A stretch of DNA of 63,762 nucleotides, filler included, from Pelomyxa schiedti (GCA_020536535.1; 14 parts of 14 records of this genome joined end to end with filler, not necessarily neighbours in it); one strand, 5' to 3'. Positions 1 to 11,199 are shown, numbered from the whole stretch's first letter. The notes: generated by a model not told the origin, from the letters alone. Translations and numbers: made by a program.

Positions 1-61
1 CCAACCAAAAACCAAGTTGCCGGATTAGCGACACACACCAACCCACAAAGAAAATAAAAGA

Positions 62-1705
62 GTGAGGGGGGCCCGTATTTTTCCGGCTGAACCTGCTCCT
101 GCTCACGACATTCAATTTACTTGGAAAGAAGAGCGTAGCATAATTGTGGAGGAATGGTCTGGAAAGCGCTATCTAAGAACGTGCAGTCCTCTTCAGTTGC
201 TACATCAGATGTTTGAAGCCCAAGTTCACTCCCATCCTCATTCTGAGGCACTTGCCTTTGGGAAAGATGAATCTGGTCCTCACTGGACTTATATGCAAGT
301 GAACACACATGCAGAACAAATAAGCAATCACCTGAGGACAATGGGAGTACACCGGAATTCCGTGGTAGGTGTGAACATTGAGAACAGTGTCGAATATATT
401 TTTGCTTTTTTGGGTATACTCAAAGCTGGCGGTGCTTTTATGCCCCTTTCCAGTCGTTGGCCACAAGATAGAATACAAACTATCATTAATACTGCCCATT
501 GTTCGATCATTCTCTGTACTTCAAATACCCCTTCTTTTTACAATTCACTTGGTTGCTCTCTAGTCTATTTACCTCTTGCTAGTAATTTGGGAACTGTAGC
601 TTCTACCTGCTACGACATTCCATGTGGACATGATTTAGCTTATGTGATCTGTACATCTGGCAGTACTGGAACACCAAAGCTCGTTGGTGTTACTCATGCT
701 GGTGCTGCAAACGTAGTGGAGTGTTTGGCCAATGGTCACGATTACTGCCACTCCCGTGTGGTGCAATCCTACAGTACTGTGTTTGATTCCTCTGTGGCAT
801 CTATATTCTCCCCACTATCCTTTGGGGGGCTTCTTGTCATACCTCCAGTGGACGTTAACATGGATGTCAAACTGCTTGAGAGTATGCTAAACACACACCG
901 AATCACTCACACGTCGTTTGTTCCCTCTGTTTTGAGTGAATTCTGTCAGCAATGCAAGTTTCCGGATACAGTTTGTCTTGTTGAAGTTGGAGGAGAGGCT
1001 TTGACACGTTACCACCTGAAAAAAATTGCTGCCGCTTCCAACCCTGCAAGGCTTGACAAAATTATTGTGTCCAATAGCTATGGACCCACAGAAGTCACTA
1101 TAGCATGCTCGGAGTATCGGGGTACTCTACGACAGCTTCTTCGAAGCCCTGCAACTGAAGTGCCAATTGGAAAGCCCAGTTACACACACACTTGCTTTGT
1201 TCTAGATCCAGATATGCACATTGTTCCTATTGGACTCCCAGGTGAACTGTGGGTTGGCGGACCCTACCTTGCTCAAGGTTACATTAGCAATCCAGCAGAA
1301 ACAGCAAAACAGTATCTTCCAAATCCGTTTGGGGAAGGTAGATTGTATAAAACAGGCGACTTAGTGCGATGGCTTCCTTCTGGAAATATGATTTTTCTAG
1401 GACGTGCTGACTCACAAGTTAAACTCAATGGTCTGCGCATCGAACTTGCGGAGATAGAGTCAGTGGCTCGAGAATGTCCTGGAGTTCAGGAAGTTTTTCT
1501 GGCCGTGAGAAACTCGCAGCTTGTATGTTATGTAACTTCAAACCAAACTGGTGTAGCTTCTAATTTGCAAAAACTGTTTGGCACCAAATTGCTGCAGTAC
1601 ATGCTTCCAAGACATATTATAGTGCTTGACCATTTTCCCCTTACTGTAGGTGGAAAACTTAACGCCAAAGCTCTTCCTGACCCCTTAAATAACGTGGCTC
1701 ATTGA
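62..1705 (+). CDS. NRPS adenylation (A) domain, intronless; true start uncertain
   Basis: Core motifs A3 LAYVICTSGSTGTPK, A4 FDSSV, A5 NSYGPTE, A6 GELWVGGPYLAQGY, A7 YKTGDL, A8 GRADSQVKLNGLRIE, A10 GGKLN; N-terminal EERSIIVEEW resembles a C-A linker remnant. Confidence 0.95.
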   Translation: MRGARIFPAEPAPAHDIQFTWKEERSIIVEEWSGKRYLRTCSPLQLLHQMFEAQVHSHPHSEALAFGKDESGPHWTYMQVNTHAEQISNHLRTMGVHRNSVVGVNIENSVEYIFAFLGILKAGGAFMPLSSRWPQDRIQTIINTAHCSIILCTSNTPSFYNSLGCSLVYLPLASNLGTVASTCYDIPCGHDLAYVICTSGSTGTPKLVGVTHAGAANVVECLANGHDYCHSRVVQSYSTVFDSSVASIFSPLSFGGLLVIPPVDVNMDVKLLESMLNTHRITHTSFVPSVLSEFCQQCKFPDTVCLVEVGGEALTRYHLKKIAAASNPARLDKIIVSNSYGPTEVTIACSEYRGTLRQLLRSPATEVPIGKPSYTHTCFVLDPDMHIVPIGLPGELWVGGPYLAQGYISNPAETAKQYLPNPFGEGRLYKTGDLVRWLPSGNMIFLGRADSQVKLNGLRIELAEIESVARECPGVQEVFLAVRNSQLVCYVTSNQTGVASNLQKLFGTKLLQYMLPRHIIVLDHFPLTVGGKLNAKALPDPLNNVAH

Positions 1706-2709
1706 AGTTTGGGAAGTCTTCCAGCTTCTTCGCTATGGGAGGTCATTCATTGCTTGCTGTATCACTTGCATGGACCATCAGCAAGGAGTTCAACCTTGAC
1801 GACTTCCCTGTTCAACTTGTTTTTGAGCATTTCACACTTAAGGATATGGCTTCCTGCATCGAGCTGAGGAAAACCACTTGTACGAGTTTCTCAGAGAGGG
1901 GCCCCTCATCTCAGACAAAACTTCCGCACATTGTTTGCCTGCGCGGGGCAATGACTATTTACTTTAAGAGGATACGACAAGAGCTTGCAAAAATTGCAGA
2001 TGTTGAGGTTGCCAAGTATTCAAAAGACATTAAAAGTATTGAAGACTGTACAGAAGCAATATTTCAGGGACTGGAAAATAAAGCTATTGACATTTTAGTT
2101 GGATATTGTGCTGGTGGCTTTTTTGCATTTGCACTTGCCAAGCTTCTTGTTGCCTCCGGAAACATGCCAAAAGTGATGATACTCATTGACCCAGATAGGA
2201 ACATGGACGGAGATGACAGCATAAACCAGGACAAAATCGACTTTTTTTCCTACTGTGCCTGCTCCAAGTGCAACGTAAAGCAGTGTTATATCTCACTAGC
2301 GAAGGTACTGCACATTTCCCTTGGCGAAGGTGAAGATGCCCAGAGTCTTTCCGTGCAAAACAGGATGCTTACGGCATTGGAATCCCTTCCCGAGGAGCGG
2401 TACATCCCTACTCTCTTGGAAGCTACTGGAGACTCAATTGAGAACAAAGACACGTTGGGGGAGATATTCCAGAGTTTCTGCGGTGTGTCCAGAGCATTGG
2501 TTAGGTACAATCCCAGTTTCACTAGGGTGTTGGCTGGTAAGATTATACTGTTGCATGCTTCGGACTATCCACTGGAATATGTATCTTGGTGGGACCAGTA
2601 CCTGGTTAAGCAGAACATTTTCTTCCAGGAGTCACACCACCACGGTATTGTAGAATACAACAAGACAGCACTACTCATACAGGAATGCCTAGAATCTATT
2701 CAAAATTGA
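1702..2709 (+). CDS. NRPS thiolation (PCP) + thioesterase domains, out of frame with the A domain
   Basis: FFAMGGHSLL phosphopantetheine site; alpha/beta-hydrolase elbow LVGYCAGG (Cys in place of Ser), LIDP acid, C-terminal HHHGIV His. Confidence 0.88.
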   Translation: MKFGKSSSFFAMGGHSLLAVSLAWTISKEFNLDDFPVQLVFEHFTLKDMASCIELRKTTCTSFSERGPSSQTKLPHIVCLRGAMTIYFKRIRQELAKIADVEVAKYSKDIKSIEDCTEAIFQGLENKAIDILVGYCAGGFFAFALAKLLVASGNMPKVMILIDPDRNMDGDDSINQDKIDFFSYCACSKCNVKQCYISLAKVLHISLGEGEDAQSLSVQNRMLTALESLPEERYIPTLLEATGDSIENKDTLGEIFQSFCGVSRALVRYNPSFTRVLAGKIILLHASDYPLEYVSWWDQYLVKQNIFFQESHHHGIVEYNKTALLIQECLESIQN

Positions 2710-3678
2710 AACTATTATACAAATAAACTGTTCTGTACTCTTCAAGGTTTTTTGAGTTTGGGTGTTTCAAGAATGATGCATCTTTCTTCCACATGGGAAG
2801 TACCACAGTTAGGCAGAAACGAGGCTCGTTCGGGGAAAAAAAAAAACAGAAGAAAACCTCAATGGTGCCACCCAGGAGATTTTTGAGCTTGGTTAAATCG
2901 CCAGCATTGATGCTGTGAAGTTGTAAATCGTCAATTTAATGATGCCCTTGTTGGCTCTCTTATCCTTCGTCATCTGCCTCGGCTGCAGTGGCCATCATGT
3001 TGATCATCTAAAGTTCTATTTCTATCCATACCGCTAACAATTGAATCGCTTTTTCTTTCCGTCGATCCGGTTCTAAACATTTTTTTTCCTTATCCTTCGG
3101 AACAGATTCCAGGAAAAAGTACAATCTGTTGCGTTGTTGACAACAAAAGTACGATTTTTGGTGGTGTCGACAAAAAAAAGGAAATTAGAGTTATTTGACC
3201 CCCAATATTGTAAGATTGATCACGTTGGCACCGACATCAAGGATCGGGCTGAGACAGCAGCGAAATCCACGACGGCGTCACCGAACTACGTTAGCCGCAG
3301 AACACCGCACCACCGCACGAGAAAAGTCACGCACTCTTAACCAAAATTGTTTAATTGTGGCCAAAGTCAAATAGAAAAACATTATTCATCTTGCTTGTTT
3401 CTAACCGTTAGAGCGGGATGGATAAAACAATGTATTTTGAAACGGGAAACTGTTAGACCTAATAGTCAATTCGTATTTTTTATGGTGTGTTTTTGTGTTA
3501 TACCTAGTTGTAGCACTGGGTTGTTGGATAATTTTGAAAATATGTTTTTTGTATACAACATGTTAGAGTTTTGTGTTGTATTGGGACTTTTTCTATGGTG
3601 CCATAAATTGTTGTGGCAATACTTTTGAAAGGTTATTTCAACAACCATGCTTAAAGCACAGTAGAAGGTGTGTTGTAA

Positions 3679-3780
3679 CAACACCTTCTTCTCTTCTCTG
3701 CCAGACACAAGCACTTGCTTGTGTTTCTGTTGGTTGTTTTATGGGAAAAGTACAATCTGTCCAGTGGTGACCGGTAAAAC
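3679..3780. repeat. Dispersed repeat, inverted homologue at ~52140-52212
   Basis: CTTCTCTTCTCTGCCAGACACAAGCACTTGC and CAATCTGTCCAGTGGT occur as reverse complements on another contig. Confidence 0.7.
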
Positions 3781-4429
3781 TCAGATTTATCTGCTGAAAT
3801 TGACCGGTTACCACCAACTTTTGTATTTTCAACCTTCCTCAGACTCAGTTTTGAATGGGAACCAGGGGAAACCTTGACCACAACCACAAGCTACTGATTG
3901 GCCCCTGGTTGCCAGGAGTGTGAGGTTGGGACACCAAGAAAATGAATTTTGATACGATTTTCGGCACACTTAGTTTGACCCCCAATTTTGTTCGAGATTC
4001 ACAGGAAAGACCAAAATGGGCTCTGTTACCAGTGCAAGTCAGATGCATGCCGCACACTGCTGACGTAATCCCTCCTTCGACTTCCTCTGAGCTCTCACAA
4101 CTTTTTCGTAGGTGTCATGCCATGCTTTCCATTGGAGACAAAGCATAAGTGAAGGGTAAAAGTGTCTACCTCACTGACAGGGACCTTATTGAAGTGAAGC
4201 CCAATACAGCCTCTAATTCTGAACACGGTTCGGGTGATATTTTCCACCTCTCATTCATTTCTCACAATCAACAAACAGGGCAGATATACCGGTTCGTATT
4301 CAGAGCTTTCCAGAATAAAGAAGGTGTCTTTGAGGACAACAGGTGTGATCCAGTGCGATCTGTTGGAATGAGCAACCCATTGGATGGTATGTTTGCACAC
4401 CAAGGAAATATTCTTTTCTTTTAACTACT

Positions 4430-5560
4430 TGCTCAAGTGGAGAAATCAGTGATGTGTGGCCAACAACAGACAGCAAAGGCAACTCTTTTGCCACTAAAGT
4501 AAAGCTGTTGAGAATTCCCTAATGGCTAACCTCAAACAAGGTCATCTCACTTCCGAAGTATGCTCATTACATCCAAAGTCACATTGAAGAGCACACCAAT
4601 TCCACCTTGCAAGCAAAAGCAGGATCCATATTGCAAAAGAGAGCTGAATCTACCATGACAGCAAATAATTCCACTTCACAAGAGAATGTCACCCACAGAG
4701 CAAACGATTATCCACATTATCTCAATGAGTCAGAAACACTCCACAAGTAAATAGAAAAATTCACTGCAGGCTCAATGGTTGCCAGACAATACCTCGGTTC
4801 ACTACTGATTTCCATCCAGAAGCAGAAGCATCCTATTACATAGTAATGGAGAAGTAATGTTCAATGTGTCATACAGCTCAATGAAAAAAAAAAAAAGGTT
4901 CCTAGGAAACAACTGGAATGTTTGGTGGTCAATGAAAAGGTGGCTTTCACTGAAACGCAGATGGGCAGAATACTGTGGGATGTGCTCGAGGCATTATCGT
5001 GTTTGGAACACCATGGCACCGTAACGTTCACATAAGCCATAATTTATCTTCACTTCCAATTGGAACAACTAATATTCCTTTTTTCCCACACAGCCATCAA
5101 ACGTCATTGTTGACTGCCTCCCCAATTGCCCAAAAGCACACTTGGTTGGCTTTGGTCATGCAATTCGATTTTCGAAGGTTCATAAAGCAGTTCCCTGTGG
5201 CACAAAAGGCTTCATGGCTCCTGAGCTGGATATAAGCTACAGTGAGCCCTCGGAAAAACAGGGTGACCTGTGATGTGTGGGGGGTGGGATCACTTCTCTT
5301 CTTCATGTGTTTAAAAGCAATTTCCCATTATTTGAAGAATAAAAATCGATATAGGATAACAGGATCACCCCCAAGATATGCCTCTCCAATATTAGAGGGA
5401 CTTTCTGGTTTCTCGAGAATGTGAATTTCCCTTTATTTATTTCTTTTTTTTTTCCCACTCAATGCCACAAGGTAATTTACTGCTGGCAGAGACTCTAGTT
5501 CTGGACCCAAATGCCAGGATCTCTGTCAGCACGGCAAGGAACAGCTTATGGTTTGAGAAG
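4430..5560 (+). pseudogene. Decayed intron-containing Ser/Thr protein kinase
   Basis: Subdomains in order across frames: SGEISDVW..DSKGNSFATK, SYYIVME, LWDVLEALSCLE, HRNV, PSNVIV, LVGFG (for DFG), GTKGFMAPE, CDVWGVG, LDPNARIS..WF; stops and frameshifts. Confidence 0.75.
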
Positions 5561-5769
5561 CTTTTCCAGCAAAATACAGAATACACAGGAGTTAAGCAGG
5601 GGGTTAAGCCCACACGTTGGGGCATTTATTACGAACTTTTTATACTGGGAACGACAGAGGGGGTTGAGGGGGATTGGTGGTGTAGGTGTCTGCTATGGTG
5701 TTGTGTTGGGTTATTTTTTTGGTTTGCGCGATGCTTTGTTTGTTTTGGATGCTTCGTTTGTTTTGGTCA

Positions 5770-6640
5770 ATGCTCCCCAGCCAAACCCAAAGTGTCAGCT
5801 TATGCAGATGATATCTGCACTGCCTGGAGGAACCTCAAGGACCTCGTTGAAAATTAGAGGGGAGAGTGGACAGCCTTGCCGCACTCCCCTCCTCAGTGGG
5901 ATGTGGATGCCAGAAGGTAGGTGTGCTTCAGTGTCTTGCATAAGGTGCGTAATAACGTTAGTCCAAGACTGGGGCATTCCAACATGTCCCAGGATGTGGA
6001 TTATGGTGTTCCTATCCAAATTGTCATAGGCCTTTGAAAAGTCAGTGAAGAGGAATTGGGCTGCTACATTGTGGTTTTTGAGTGTGTAGAAGGCGTTGGC
6101 TACTGCTGTGATGTTATCATCAATGAGCCGGCCTTCAAAAAACCCATTCTGGTTTGGGTGGCACAGCTGGGCGATAAGAGGGTTGAGAAGGTAGGCCATT
6201 GTTTTCGTTATGATGTGGTTGTCAGTCTCAAGTACATGAATGCACCTGTGTACTTTGGAACATTGATGTCACCTGCAGCACAGCAGATGTATCTCTTCTC
6301 CACCAAGTTTTCTACATGTAGAACCTTATCATGCAAGTCATAGCACACCCACCACTGGTGATTGGCCGTGTGCCGAGTGTAAGAATGCGTGCCTTGATGC
6401 AGGATTTCTTTCCTTCCGGTCAGTGCATCAATCAACAAATACCGTGCACGGGAGTGACTGAGAAGCTCCTTCTTGACAAAGATAATATGTGATGGGTCAG
6501 CAGAAGTTGCCTTGCAGCACTGTATGTGCTTGACATAGACCTCGCGTGGCTCAGCAGATACACCCAGAGTGAGCGGTGAAACACCAAAGTGGAACACACG
6601 GAACTTTGGGGCAGTGACACACACAGCAAAGAACGGCAAG
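5770..6640 (-). mobile_element. Non-LTR (L1/Tx1-like, APE+RT) retrotransposon remnant
   Basis: Minus strand: AGDIN (APE GDFN-like) then HPNQNGF..GRLIDDNI, DFSKAYD, GVRQGCPLSPLIFN; SAYADDI lies on the plus strand at ~5795-5817. Confidence 0.88.
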
Positions 6641-6743
6641 GGGGCTGCGTAGACGCGAGTGCTGTGTGGAGTGCTGTCACTGCCGTCGGCGGGCCGTTCT
6701 GGTCAGTTGATTATTTTTCCAGCCAACTGGACCCTGGGAGATT

Positions 6744-8027
6744 CAGTGCTCCCTCGGTTAACCATACCAAGTTAAAACCCAGTTAACAGTTAACCAGGAA
6801 CCCAACCCAGTTAAACAAACCCTTAACAAAAATTTTCTGAGAAAAATCACTTCGGTGTTTGTGTAAGTACTGGTAGTGTGTCAAAACGAGGACCTGCTGC
6901 AACGTCTGAAGTCAAGCAATATTTCCAACAGACCACTGGTGGTTGGGAGTGCAGTTATCGAGCTGACCCCTCTGCCTCAAAGTGTAAACACAAGCCATTT
7001 GCCTTGAGTGCAGGCACTTCTACTCTTGGGTACTGTTTTAGTGTGGCAGGGTGAACTATGTGGGAAAGGAGGCCCCAGGAAGAGGGAAAAGGAGCGCTAG
7101 TCAATTATTTACTAACCGGCAATAGTTACCACTTGGAAAGAGCACATAAATTTGTCAAAAAGTCCCAACAACCAACACCAACAGCAACACAAACAATCGA
7201 CAAGTATGTCCAAGCAGTTCTTGCTGATAGGATACCCGGACTTAGCAAAAATCAACTTGATGTTGTTTTCCCTTTTCCCACCAACATCCTTATGCAGCAC
7301 AGGTAGCTTTAGCATTTGCCCTGCTTGGACTTCCCTTTTCCATGCTCTCTTCCCCTTATTTCCGTCGTATCCTGAGCCCCGAGAAGATTTATGGGGCATC
7401 ACCTGAAAAGGTTAGTAAATACTAATATCATGTATGGAGGATGTTAAAATCGAAAAGATTCATGCTTGGATTAATCCATGCATTGGCTTCGGAAAAGCCT
7501 CACTGAGTTTGTGGCAGTCATGAAGCTGTGGATTAGTTGCAGAGAAGTACCCCCAATGGATGAAGCGTGGTCTGCTACCAGTATCTAGCAAGTTACCTCG
7601 TGCTGAACTTACAAGACTGATCCAATACAACTTGGGTGTGCAAAGACTTGTCTCACTTGCTCAAACTACTGGCTGGCATCTTTGGCTATTTCTCCATTCC
7701 TTTCAGAATTAGCTATATTGCTTTGTGGTGTGAGAGGGTCTTCTCCTGGGAAGGTTATGTGCACAACTCCTACCGCAATGCTCTTGACTGTGCTCTGACA
7801 GAGAAGCTTGTCTTCATACACTACAACTTTGAGAAAATTTTTAATTACAAGCCACTCCCTCAAGCACCACCACCTGCAACACAATAGCTGGACAATGAGG
7901 AATAACACATTTTTTTTTTCACAGAAAACCCCATTACCAAGTTAAAAAACCCCAGTTAACAGTTAACCCAGTTAAAGGTTAAGGAAACTTGGTACCAAGT
8001 TAAAGGTTTTAACTGGGTAGAGCACTG
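6744..8027 (+). mobile_element. Internally deleted, non-autonomous hAT DNA transposon
   Basis: TIR CAGTGCTC (6744) / GAGCACTG (8020-8027); many subterminal CCA(A)GTTAA repeats at both ends; hATC dimerisation motif CERVFS..VH..YRNAL....EKLVFIHYN at ~7730-7830; no 8-bp TSD visible. Confidence 0.8.
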
Positions 8028-8410
8028 TTCAGGCTACACCACAACCAGAATGATACTTCCAGTCTGTTGATTTTTTTCAGACAATGGTACAAGATGTTCC
8101 TGTAGTGCTCTCATTTGTGTCTCGCCACACACTCATCAGAGCGGATGTCGTTCTTGTGACTCCAACGGAACCCCGCACCTATGACACTGTTTAAACGGTT
8201 TAAAACACTTTCGGAATCGCATTCAAAAGCGTTTCAAAACGGATTCAAACCTGGTTTACACCGTTTTGGAATCCCCTTTGTTGGATGCCAAGGAAACATG
8301 TTCCTAAGAATCAGCTATTGGTGGTTCAAATAAAAGGTTTCCAATGAAAAAATGAGGCATAAAGCGTGTTTTTATTTCCAAACAAGAAAACAAAACCAAA
8401 GCTGCCAGAG

Positions 8411-9900
8411 ATGAGCAACACTAGTAGACCAACCAGTAGAACAAAGCGGCCACGGACAGCAGTTACAAAACCACAGGGGAAGCTGTACGCTTGCAGTAAA
8501 TGTGGTGCATTTTGTGGTCATGTTATGGGTCCTAAATCAACTTAAACAGTATTTTTCATGGGCAGAAAAGCTCCCCAGGTAATCATTCTTATTTCTTCCA
8601 CTCGAACTTAGTAGATGACAGGGACCTGTTTTTAGTAAATGTAAAAGAAACATTGGTAGAATATGGGCATCTGAAGTCTCTTGTGGAGATCGCCATCAAT
8701 GTACCATTAGGAGAGCAATGGACTCCTGGGGGTCTTGATGACATATCAATCCAGTGGGTACAGAAATTCCTTGGCAGTACAGGTAGTGCTTACTTACTCT
8801 TTTCAGCTTTTAGTGTAAAAATAAAATTAAGGACTGCTATATGTAAAACTGTTAGCACAAGGAGTTCAACCTGGGCAAACCTGGGCGGAAGTGTGGAATA
8901 AGGCAGCTGACAAAAAGATTGAAGAAGGTGCCCAAAGTCAAGCTGCATCCAAGTGTGACAGCATTCCAGATTTTCTAGATCACCTTGAACTTCAAGCAGG
9001 TGACCATCCCCCAAAAGGTAGGCATTTTGCTTGGCAAGCTCCTTTGGTTCAAGCAGCTTCATCTGCCTTCAGTACACCATTTCATAGTGAACCACAGATG
9101 TTCTGTTTGCCAACACACCCTGAGTTTCAACGATTATTTCTTGATCTTATGGGTCAATCGATAATGTGGTGGAATGCAGAAGGAAAGGAACTGGCAAACC
9201 TTCACACCATTCCAACAATCGCAATCCCATTTCCAAGGCTCAGGAATCTACAAATGTCAGTAAACAGGTTTCCGTTATTATTATTATTATTATTTTTACA
9301 CTGAATAGTGAGATTCAAAGCTCTAGTAACTCAGCAGATTTGCCTCCATCATTGCATTCCCCTCCCAACTTCACTTCTGATCCGGCAATCATCGCTTCTG
9401 GTCTGGCAATTATCGCTTCTGGTCCAGCAATCAACACAAGCACAACCCCTAGCTCCAATGCTAATAATGTCAATACTCTGCCCACCAGTACTTCTTGCAC
9501 TACAGCAAATAGTCACAGGTAACTTTAACTATTGTGATTACACAAAATAAAGTCACTTTAGTACCTCAAATGCTGTTGATTCAAGTCCTCAAATGTCACC
9601 TCAACCAGTTTCTGGCACACCAGCAAATCTAGCTCAAGTCACACACTTGTTGGAACATATATTGTCTGCTCCCAATGTATCAAGCATGCTTCTTAGCGTT
9701 CTGCAGCAAACTAAGAACACAAACTCATAAAAAAGTTACATGTCACCTCTTTTGTTTTTTTCACAGCCAAGTAAGTCCCACACCATGCAAAGAATGGTGG
9801 GAAAGCCTGGCATTTTGTAAGCATTCAAAAAGATCAGGAAGCTCTAGACAACGAAAGGCACCATGTTTCCCTGGATTAATAAATACAAAAAATTGAAAGA
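8411..9900 (+). CDS. Hypothetical multi-exon protein (CxxC near N-terminus, S/P/T-rich middle), possibly degraded
   Basis: Chain of short ORFs separated by GT..AG introns; YACSKCG. Confidence 0.35.
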
Positions 9901-9998
9901 AAGTGGCAAACCTGATAAGAGCTCTAAGTGAAGATGGGCTGCCTTAGCAGCTACAACATCCCAAAATTTTTCAATCAAATTTAGGTCAGGGGATTGTG
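9900..9998 (-). mobile_element. Tc1/mariner/IS630-like DDE transposase 3-prime fragment (second copy 11045-11143)
   Basis: QSPDLNLIEKFWDVV matches the SPDLNPIENLW catalytic-E motif; cut by gap. Confidence 0.7.
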
Positions 9999-10098
9999 NN
10001 NNNNNNNNNNNNNNNNNNNNNNNNNNNNNNNNNNNNNNNNNNNNNNNNNNNNNNNNNNNNNNNNNNNNNNNNNNNNNNNNNNNNNNNNNNNNNNNNNN

Positions 10099-11143
10099 AT
10101 CCAAGTGTGACAGCATTCCAGATTTTCTAGATCACCTTGAACTTCAAGCAGGTGACCATCCCCCAAAAGGTAGGCATTTTGCTTGGCAAGCTCCTTTGGT
10201 TCAAGCAGCTTCATCTGCCATCAGTACACCATTTCATAGTGAACCACAGATGTTCTGTTTGCCAACACACCCTGAGTTTCAACGATTATTTCTCGATCTT
10301 ATGGGTCAATCGATAATGTGGTGGAATGCAGAAGGAACTGGCAAACCTTCACACCATTCCAACAATCGCAATCCCATTTCCAAGGCTCAGGAATCTACAA
10401 ATGTCAGTAAACAGGTTTCCATTGTTATTATTATTATTATTTTTACACTGAATAGTGAGATTCAAAGCTCTAGTACCTCAGCAGATTTGCCTCCATCATT
10501 GCATTCCCCTCCCAACTTCACTTCTGATCCAGCAATCATCACTTCTGGTCCGGCAATCATCGCTTCTGGTCCGGCAATCAACACAAGCACAACCCCTAGC
10601 TCCAATGCTAATAATGTCAATACTCTGTACCAATACTTCTTGCACTACAGCAAATAGTCACAAGTAACTTTAACTATTGTGATTACTCAAAATAAAGTCA
10701 CTTTAGTACCTCAAATGCTTTTGATTTAAGTCCTCAAATGTCACCTCAACCAGTTTCTGGCACACCAGCAAATCTAGCTCAAGTCACACACTTGTTGGAA
10801 CATATATTGTCTGCTCCCAATGTATCAAGCATGCTTCTTAGTGTTCTGCAGCAAACTAAGAACACAAACTCATAAAAAAGTTACATGTCACCTCTTTTGT
10901 TTTTTTCACAGCCAAGTAAGTCCCACGCCATGCAAAGAGTGGTGGGAAAGCCTGGCATTTTGTAAGCATTCAATAAGATCAGGAAGCTCTAGACAACGAA
11001 AGGCACCATGTTTCCCTGGATAAATAAATACAAAAAATTGAAAGAAAGTGGCAAACCTGATAAGAGCTCTAAGTGAAGATGGGCTGCCTTAGCAGCTACA
11101 ACATCCCAAAATTTTTCAATCAAATTTAGGTCAGGGGATTGTG
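10099..11143. repeat. Near-identical second copy of 8947-9998 across a 100-N gap (allelic/assembly overlap)
   Basis: Same end point; scattered SNPs and small indels. Confidence 0.9.
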
Positions 11144-11187
11144 NNNNNNNNNNNNNNNNNNNNNNNNNNNNNNNNNNNNNNNNNNNN

Positions 11188-11199
11188 TTAATTAATTAA
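11188..11199. other. Artificial contig linker TTAATTAATTAA (also at 12482, 19735, 23266, 24379, 28555, 37327, 50945, 52650, 54533, 55713, 56854, 62701)
   Basis: Six-frame stop sequence embedded in N runs 13 times. Confidence 0.99.
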
